Position numbers and translations under genes: made by a program. A model generated the notes under the pieces. It made no database searches. It was not told where the DNA came from and saw nothing but the letters and a program-made list of their open reading frames with translations. From positions 64,001 through 128,000 of the IMG/VR virus record IMGVR_UViG_3300047160_020099: a stretch of DNA of 64,000 nucleotides, one strand, 5' to 3'. Within the stretch, counting starts at the first letter, position 1. Each line of letters opens with the position of its first letter. Source of the stretch: a virus. Positions 58,305 through 64,000 of the stretch are shown here, piece after piece.

Positions 58305-59368
58305 TGAGACCTGATTTGTACAGGAGGCTAGAACAACGTTCACGACGCTACGGCTTCGGCAAGGTGCTTTTCGCCCACGAGAACGAAGCCATGAGTTGTC
58401 ATTACGGCGCTGACAGCATAACAGGACGGCAACGACTCATTGTCGATATGCCGGGTGAATACCTGCGAGTCAACTGCCCGTTCTGCACGGATACCCGGCA
58501 CCGCCTCTGGATCAACTATCAGTGGGGTCTTTATGATCCAAAGATAGGCACCCTCAACCTTTGGCTAGCTATCTGTTTCAATGAAACCGCGTGCATGGAC
58601 AAGCCAGGGAAGCCTGAAGAGTTGTACCGGATCGTCTATAACGATGTCACCAACCGACGACAAGTAAGAGCGGGCGATACAGTCAACAAAGGCATCAAGG
58701 TAGACAAGGCAGCCATATGCCACTTCAGGCCGGCTGGCAACGTGCTGTATCCTCTTCACGTTTTGCCACCGCATCATCGTGCGTTGGCATATCTGCGTAG
58801 TCGAGGTTATGACCCGAACCAGTTGTCTCTGGAACACGGCGTCTCTTATTGTGCGGATGCTAGCGCTGAATTTCCCAAGGCATTCGACAGGATCATCGTT
58901 CCAATTGTGATGCGTGGAGAACTGGTTGGTTGGCAAGGCCGGTACATTGGTGAGCCACCCAAGGGCGTGATGAAGTATTACAACATGCCCGGGATGCAGA
59001 AGATCAAATACTTGTACAACTTCGATGTTGCCTCAAAATACCCATTTGTGGTGTTGACCGAGGGAGTAACAAAGGTCTGGCGAATCGGTCCGGAGGCTGT
59101 GGCACAGTTCGGCAGTACGCTGGCTGGCTTTCAGGCACATCTGATAGATGCGACGTGGCCGACCGTCGTTGTCTACCTGGACGGCAACGCCCACGAGCAA
59201 GCTGAACAGGCCTATTGCTCGTTGCGGGCCATGCCCAACCGTGTCAAGATCCTGCTACCACCAGGGCAAGAGCCTGGTGATTTCAGCCAGGAATATAATC
59301 GTGCGTTGATACTCAATGAAGCCAGAAAGCAAGGCGTAACGTTGCGAATGGACGGAGCAGAGATATGA
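58301..59368 (+). CDS. dnaG: DNA primase (Zn finger + Toprim)
   Basis: RVNCPFC.D..H, YLRSRG, RIIVPI..LVGWQGR, KYYN, LTEG, YLD.NA. Confidence 0.85.
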   Translation: MMRPDLYRRLEQRSRRYGFGKVLFAHENEAMSCHYGADSITGRQRLIVDMPGEYLRVNCPFCTDTRHRLWINYQWGLYDPKIGTLNLWLAICFNETACMDKPGKPEELYRIVYNDVTNRRQVRAGDTVNKGIKVDKAAICHFRPAGNVLYPLHVLPPHHRALAYLRSRGYDPNQLSLEHGVSYCADASAEFPKAFDRIIVPIVMRGELVGWQGRYIGEPPKGVMKYYNMPGMQKIKYLYNFDVASKYPFVVLTEGVTKVWRIGPEAVAQFGSTLAGFQAHLIDATWPTVVVYLDGNAHEQAEQAYCSLRAMPNRVKILLPPGQEPGDFSQEYNRALILNEARKQGVTLRMDGAEI

Positions 59369-62300
59369 GTCCGTGGTCGAATACAGTCCAGACCGTCGAA
59401 CCACCCGAGCAAGCCGGTGAAACCACCAAGGCGCTGCAGACGATCGGTTACGACATGATGGAGGTCTACCCGCTCACCAGCCCAGGTATGCCAATACCTG
59501 GACCTGATTTCGTGGCCCAGGCCGTTGGTATGGGTGACGAGTACCCAGTGATCGAAGGCACCAAGCTCGATAAATGCGTGGTGGCCTGTGGGCCTAACCT
59601 GGAGGAGCTATACAAGCAGGCCCTCTACACCGTGGGTTTCGTGTTGCCGGTCAAGGTCAAGGGCCGTCAGGTCAACACGACGTTCATACCAGGCCACCTG
59701 TGGGGCAGCGATATGGCTGGCCCCAGGCCTGCCAGGGTCATGCTAGTAGGCAAGTGGCCAGGCCCACAGGAAGTGATCGCCAACCGGAACTTGGTGGGCG
59801 AGTCAGGAGCCATCCTCATCGAAGCTCTGGAGAGCTTCGGCATCTCCTGGGAAGAGTGGAACTCCTGGTACATTACCAACCTGGTCAAACACCCGAACGT
59901 GGATCCAGCCTCGCAAAAGCCGGCCCAGTCCATTGTTCGGAACTGCCTGCCACTTCTGTCCAATGAGCTACGTTTCGTACGGCCAGACTTCGTGCTGGCG
60001 ATGGGTGCCGAGGCCTACACAGCTCTGGTCGGCAAGGGCGAGGGCTCGGTGTCTCAGGCACAAGGTCGGATCTTCGAGCGTTCCTGCTTTATCCTCGATC
60101 CGGACGGCGATGGCACAGAAGGCACCTACCACTCCTACAAGGTGATGGGTTGCATCCATCCGGCAGCTGTAGCGCATTCCGCCGATTCACTGCCTGCTTT
60201 TCGTACAGGCATCGAGCACTTCGTCAACATGGTTCGCGGGCAGGTCAAGGAAACTCAACAAGAAGAACTGCATCACCAGCTGATCTACAACGAGGCACAT
60301 CTGGCCTCTGTTGTTGACACCATCCTTGACGAGGACCCGGCGCCGTGCGTGGCCATCGACTGTGAATGGCATGGCGAGTATCCAACGGAGCCAGGTGCCT
60401 GGCTCCGTACTGTCCAGTTCAGCCACAAGCCCGGACACGCTTACTGCCTTGTCTTGCGCGAGGCTGGAGGCCGGCTGGCATTCCGCAGTTCGATCAAATC
60501 AACCGTTCCACATCTACGACGGCTGTTGCTGGAAGGACGTGGACCGAAGAAGCCACGGCTGATCGGACATAGCATACGTGCTGACTTGCCGTGGCTGACA
60601 CTTGGCCTGGACCGAGAGCTTGGCAAGCAGTTGATTGAGGCCAGCAATGCGCCAGAGAACGTCATCAGTCCTGACGGCAAAGTCGTCGAGATGGGCTGGC
60701 GGCGAACCAAGGAAGAGGGTGGCTTCGACACGATGCTGGCTGCACACTCGATCAGGGAGACGGACGGCAGCTACTCCCTCGACATCCTCGGTTTGCAATA
60801 CTGCGGTATTCCTCGTTACGACCAGGCCCTGCAGAAGTGGAAGGCAGAGTACTGCAAAACTAACCACATGGAGCTCAAGGAGCTTGATGGATACGGGATG
60901 TGTCCAGACGACATCCTTCATCCATACGCATGCCTTGACGCCGACGTGACGCAGCAACTCTTCCCCAAGTTCAATGGCGAGCTACTCGATCACGATCCAT
61001 ACGACAATGACAGCCGCATACCATTCTGGATCAGTATGCGGGCTTCGCTCGGCTTCCTCGAAATGGAAATGACTGGGCTGCTGATAGACCGGCCTCGCGG
61101 CGAGAACTTGACACAGGTTTATCTGGATGCAAGAAATCGGTTGCGACAGAAGCTAGAAGAGCTGTTCCAGTGGCCGGGCTTCAATCCCAATTCGGCACAG
61201 CAGTGCAAGGTCGCTCTCTTCGGCGAAAAGTTCTCCGACAAGCGTGACCCGGACACCGGTGAGCTGGTCAAGATCCAGCCGCCTGGTGCGTTGCTCTTGA
61301 ATCTGCTGCCCATCAAGACTGCTGGCAAGCCATCCAAGGACTGGGAACTGGTCATCAGGAAGAAGCAGGAGCATCTCTTCGGGCCATCCACCGACAAGGA
61401 GGTACTCGGCGGGCTGATTACAAGACTCAGCCCTGACACCAAGCGGGGAGAAGGTCCCAAGTTCGGTTTCGAACACGTCACGGCCCTTCGCAACTTTCGT
61501 TTCGCTGGCCAGGTGGTCAAGTCTGTCTTGCGGGCGCCTGTGGCTGAGAATACTCAGCACAACACGAACATCAATGAGGACGGGCAGCTCGAATACGAAG
61601 AGGGTGTCCTGTCGTGCATCCATGTTGACGGCAGGGTGCGTACGCATCTGTTCCAGACCAAGGAAACTGGACGTGCCTCTTCTGCCAGGCCACCCTTGCA
61701 GAACTGGAGCAAGCGTCGGGAAAAGGCCTACAAGGACATCCTCGGCGAATCCTACCTGTATCCACTCCGGACCATGGCCATGGCCACGCCGGGATGGGTC
61801 TTCGTGGAGGCTGACTACCGCGGTGCCGAGCTGTTCATGATGGCCATACAGTCCGGCGACCAGAAGATGATCGAGCACTGCTTGCGGGCCAATCTCCCTG
61901 ATAGCGATCCCAACCAGTACGACATCCACAGCAACCTGGCAGTCAGAGCTTTCGGTCTGAAAGTTACTGACACAGTGCCCAATGACAAGAAGAAGAACCC
62001 AGACAAGCTGACAGCATCGCAGCTGTTGAAGCTGCCGGTCGGCTCGCCGCTGCCACCTACCAAGACAGCGCTGTGGGCCATCGGCATGCCACATATCCGC
62101 GATGTGACGAAGTGTGTAGCAGCTGGTTCACGACTTCTGACTGATCGAGGCTGGATCAGAGTAGAGGAGTTATGTGGTGCATTAGGCGCTGGCGGTTCCG
62201 CCGTCGGAGACGGTTCTGTCATTTCTGATAATGGCGTGACCCCTCTTGTCGGCCTGTATAACGGCGGCGTAAAGCCGTGTATAAAACTGACAGGTGAAGA

Positions 62301-64000
62301 CGGCTACGAACTAATTAGCAGCGAGACTCACAAGTATCGAGTGGTTGACAAGCGTGGCCGATACGTATGGCGTGCGGCTGCCGATATGAAACCGGGTGAC
62401 TGGGTAGCGGTTTTGGATGCCATGGAACCAAAATGGACTGGTGACGCTACCTTCCCAGCTATCGAGGTGGAAGCCAAGACCTGTTTCAAAGACATGGACT
62501 TCCCAGAGCAGTTCAATGAGGACTGGGCGGCATTTCTCGGTTTGTATATCTCGGAGGGAAGTGCCAACCCAGTAACAGGTGTTCTTCAAATCTGCCTGGC
62601 TGTCGAAGACGACCCGACATTCGGGCTAGAGTCAGTGGCAGTTCTGAGCAGGCTGTTTGGCGGCCGGTTGAAGATCGGTTGGGTGGATTACGAGAAACAC
62701 CAGAATCAGATTCGGCTTACGCTCAGCACCGTGAAGCTGGCACGCTGGCTGGATAAGTATTGTCCTGGTGATTCCTATACCAAACGTGTTCCAGATTTTG
62801 TCTTCAAGTGGCCTCCGGAACTTCAGCGGGTTTTCTTGCGGTGGCTTTACGAAGGCGACGGTTCAGTCAAGAAGAACGGAAAAGGCTTTTCCATCACGTA
62901 TGCAACCGCAAGTGAAGGTCTTGCCAAAGACGTGCAGATCTTGCTGAATGGCCACGGTGTTTATGTAAGACGTTCTTCCGAACGCCGTAAAGGCTACGAT
63001 CACAACTACTGGTGCTTGCAGCTCAAGTACAACGAGTCGCGTTGTCGCTTCGTCGAAAAGATCGGTTTCGTAACAGCCAGCAAGCAAAACAAGTGTGCCA
63101 ATAGTGCTACTTATGCTCTGGACTGGGATACGATACCGTATCAAGATGAGCACCTTCGAATAGTATTCCAATACTTGACTGGTGCTGTGAAAGAGAAATG
63201 CCGCGAATGTGTGCGGAAGAATCAACGTGTCAGGCTCACCCGGAATAGATTGCTTATGCTTGTGGAACAGCTCATGCAGCACCAAGATCTGCCGAGACGT
63301 GCCCAGGAAACGCTCGACCATCTTCAAAAGCTGTCCGAGAAGCCTGTTAGGTTTGAACGCGTGAAAACGATTGAAAGTGTTGGGGTGTTGCCGGTGTATG
63401 ACGTGCAGACGACGGAGCCACACTCAGTGTGCTATAACGGATATTTGACACACCAAACGATCGTGTTCGGTCTCCCATATGGAAGAGGTGATAAGGCCAT
63501 TATTCGTGCCGTGGAAGAGGAAGGCACGCAGATCTCCATGCAGGATGCCGCTGCAATCCGAGCGGCGATCCTGACGGAGTATGCAGATCTTGGGCCTTAC
63601 CTCGAACGTTGTCAGGCACGGGTAAAGAATCCTGGCTGGATGCGTAATTGCTACGGTCGCTACCGCCGCTTCCAGCGCGTACGTTTCGGTAACGAGGATG
63701 GCTCTGCCGAACGTGAGGCTGGCAACTTCCCGATTCAGTCCGGCGTGGCAGATGCAGTTAGCCGAGCACTGGACCATCTCTACACCTGGCCAGACCGTTA
63801 TGACGAGAACGGCGTGCCGAAGTTTCGGATGGTCCTGCAGATCCACGACGCGATCCTGTTCGAAGTCCAGATACCCTGGCTGGAGTGGTTCATCGGGACC
63901 GAGGAAGAGCCAGGCGTTGTCGGGAAGTGCATGACCGAGCGTGTAGCTGTGTGGATGTGCGATCTCAACGGCGACAAGAACCTCAAAGTCGAGCCATTCC
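59365..64000 (+). CDS. polA: family A DNA polymerase with N-terminal UDG family-4-like domain, 3'-5' exonuclease and intein (3' truncated, absent from ORF track)
   Basis: Open frame from ATG 59365: PARVMLVGKWPG..E..VG.SG, IDCE, FDTMLAAH, YACLDAD, TGRASS.PPLQN, EADYRGAEL, R..TK[intein]TIVFGLPYG, NFPIQS, LQIHDAILFE. Confidence 0.92.
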   Translation, partial: MSPWSNTVQTVEPPEQAGETTKALQTIGYDMMEVYPLTSPGMPIPGPDFVAQAVGMGDEYPVIEGTKLDKCVVACGPNLEELYKQALYTVGFVLPVKVKGRQVNTTFIPGHLWGSDMAGPRPARVMLVGKWPGPQEVIANRNLVGESGAILIEALESFGISWEEWNSWYITNLVKHPNVDPASQKPAQSIVRNCLPLLSNELRFVRPDFVLAMGAEAYTALVGKGEGSVSQAQGRIFERSCFILDPDGDGTEGTYHSYKVMGCIHPAAVAHSADSLPAFRTGIEHFVNMVRGQVKETQQEELHHQLIYNEAHLASVVDTILDEDPAPCVAIDCEWHGEYPTEPGAWLRTVQFSHKPGHAYCLVLREAGGRLAFRSSIKSTVPHLRRLLLEGRGPKKPRLIGHSIRADLPWLTLGLDRELGKQLIEASNAPENVISPDGKVVEMGWRRTKEEGGFDTMLAAHSIRETDGSYSLDILGLQYCGIPRYDQALQKWKAEYCKTNHMELKELDGYGMCPDDILHPYACLDADVTQQLFPKFNGELLDHDPYDNDSRIPFWISMRASLGFLEMEMTGLLIDRPRGENLTQVYLDARNRLRQKLEELFQWPGFNPNSAQQCKVALFGEKFSDKRDPDTGELVKIQPPGALLLNLLPIKTAGKPSKDWELVIRKKQEHLFGPSTDKEVLGGLITRLSPDTKRGEGPKFGFEHVTALRNFRFAGQVVKSVLRAPVAENTQHNTNINEDGQLEYEEGVLSCIHVDGRVRTHLFQTKETGRASSARPPLQNWSKRREKAYKDILGESYLYPLRTMAMATPGWVFVEADYRGAELFMMAIQSGDQKMIEHCLRANLPDSDPNQYDIHSNLAVRAFGLKVTDTVPNDKKKNPDKLTASQLLKLPVGSPLPPTKTALWAIGMPHIRDVTKCVAAGSRLLTDRGWIRVEELCGALGAGGSAVGDGSVISDNGVTPLVGLYNGGVKPCIKLTGEDGYELISSETHKYRVVDKRGRYVWRAAADMKPGDWVAVLDAMEPKWTGDATFPAIEVEAKTCFKDMDFPEQFNEDWAAFLGLYISEGSANPVTGVLQICLAVEDDPTFGLESVAVLSRLFGGRLKIGWVDYEKHQNQIRLTLSTVKLARWLDKYCPGDSYTKRVPDFVFKWPPELQRVFLRWLYEGDGSVKKNGKGFSITYATASEGLAKDVQILLNGHGVYVRRSSERRKGYDHNYWCLQLKYNESRCRFVEKIGFVTASKQNKCANSATYALDWDTIPYQDEHLRIVFQYLTGAVKEKCRECVRKNQRVRLTRNRLLMLVEQLMQHQDLPRRAQETLDHLQKLSEKPVRFERVKTIESVGVLPVYDVQTTEPHSVCYNGYLTHQTIVFGLPYGRGDKAIIRAVEEEGTQISMQDAAAIRAAILTEYADLGPYLERCQARVKNPGWMRNCYGRYRRFQRVRFGNEDGSAEREAGNFPIQSGVADAVSRALDHLYTWPDRYDENGVPKFRMVLQIHDAILFEVQIPWLEWFIGTEEEPGVVGKCMTERVAVWMCDLNGDKNLKVEPF
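62113..63456 (+). mobile_element. intein (448 aa) with LAGLIDADG endonuclease in polymerase motif B, ending His-Gln
   Basis: Starts CVAAGS; FLGLYISEGS and FLRWLYEGDGS; VYDV..NGYLTHQ, +1 Thr. Confidence 0.9.

Noticed and set aside
59667-63986. Apparent gene-poor end of the window in the ORF track
   Set aside because: Artefact: a single open polymerase frame from 59365 runs off the window without a stop.
1-64000. Stop-codon reassignment
   Set aside because: Conserved genes read through intact in the standard code, and TAA, TGA and occasionally TAG all end genes at tight junctions.

Overview
This window is part of a large tailed dsDNA phage genome with a contractile-type baseplate, densely coding and almost all on the + strand. 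A Planctomycetota host is likely, given a TIGR03000-like domain and a planctomycete-type cytochrome c. From left to right: (1) baseplate and tail genes (gp25-like, baseplate J, collagen-like fibre), interrupted at 3.0-7.7 kb by a cassette of four secreted proteins, two with CxxCH haem motifs; (2) a ~670-nt highly structured non-coding region at 13.1-13.8 kb; (3) a Ycf46-like AAA ATPase with an HNH intein, plus a DUF3150/DUF1257/DUF2997 module; (4) a minus-strand terminase; (5) nucleotide metabolism and repair genes (class II RNR with a free LAGLIDADG, dCTP deaminase, RNase H, OGG-like glycosylase, deoxyribonucleotidase); (6) a hairpin/iteron region followed by a degenerate HUH Rep-like gene; (7) SbcCD, an IS110/Nop-like protein, SF2 helicase, DnaB-like helicase, primase, and a UDG-fused family A DNA polymerase with a His-Gln-ending LAGLIDADG intein that runs off the window. 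The strongest unexplained signals are a 14-bp palindrome AGTATT-NN-AATACT found 13 times across the window (gene junctions, inside genes, inside an intein), the large structured ncRNA, a domesticated IS110/Nop-like protein with no adjacent guide, and the c-type cytochrome cassette. All family calls come from motif recognition by eye, not database searches.
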